From an uncultured Porphyromonadaceae bacterium (GTDB lineage: Bacteria > Bacteroidota > Bacteroidia > Bacteroidales > Muribaculaceae): DNA of 27,174 bases. Below the pieces are notes generated by a model. That model saw nothing but the letters and a program-made list of their open reading frames with translations, ran no database searches and was not told the origin of the DNA. The stretch covers positions 1 to 27,174 of the forward strand of contig CAMWOD010000001.1 of the NCBI GenBank assembly GCA_947175715.1, read 5' to 3'. This document shows positions 27,032 to 27,174 of the stretch, in pieces. The translations under genes and the position numbers were made by a program. How positions within the stretch are numbered: position 1 is the first letter of the stretch; every line of letters begins with the position of its first letter.

Positions 27032-27170
27032 GCGTAGCCGCCGGTCTCTGTCGCGACCATGACATCGTACCTCCGGCACTCCGAGGAGCTTACGGGTATG
27101 GCCTCCCCGCGTTCGGGCGTACGCCCATCACACGGGGTTCGGTACGATATCGCCTCTCCGCGGCTCAGCT
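27032..27170 (-). repeat. Structured REP-like unit 5; direct repeat of 25547-25685, reaching the window edge
   Basis: Hand alignment 131/139 identical to unit 2. Confidence 0.95.
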
Positions 27171-27174
27171 TTCG

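Noticed and set aside
25378-27174. CRISPR array interpretation of the repeats
   Set aside because: Units are ~100-140 bp, diverged and alternately oriented. There is no identical 25-45-bp repeat with unique spacers, and no cas genes.

Overview
Mostly core chromosome of a high-GC Bacteroidales bacterium; Muribaculaceae-like is an inference from TAnnTTTG promoters, the gene set and a 'YYNLQGVRV..KV' C-terminal sorting tail. It carries about 25 CDS: recF, dciA/DUF721, riboflavin synthase, a GH31, two tandem lipoproteins plus an ABC transporter, rsmD, coaX, lptC, a hemolysin/CBS protein, a TrmH-family methylase, recA, GT9, DUF4254, and a secreted multidomain protein paired with an EEP nuclease. 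The unusual DNA is at the two ends. Left end: an AT-rich four-helix-bundle (TIGR02436/Avd-like) gene directly behind a 7 x 7-bp TAATT[ACG]C array, which supplies the upstream gene's stop codon and has stops in all six frames. Right end (25378-27174): five copies of a ~100-bp structured REP-like unit built from GNA-triloop mini-hairpins. Four are arranged as a nested palindrome around a 9-bp tandem array. A second TAATT[ACG]C-type heptamer array and an AT-rich orphan secreted-protein gene follow, bracketed by two 139-bp direct repeats (8 mismatches by hand alignment). No transposase, integrase, CRISPR array, tRNA or rRNA is visible. All family assignments come from motif recognition, not database searches.
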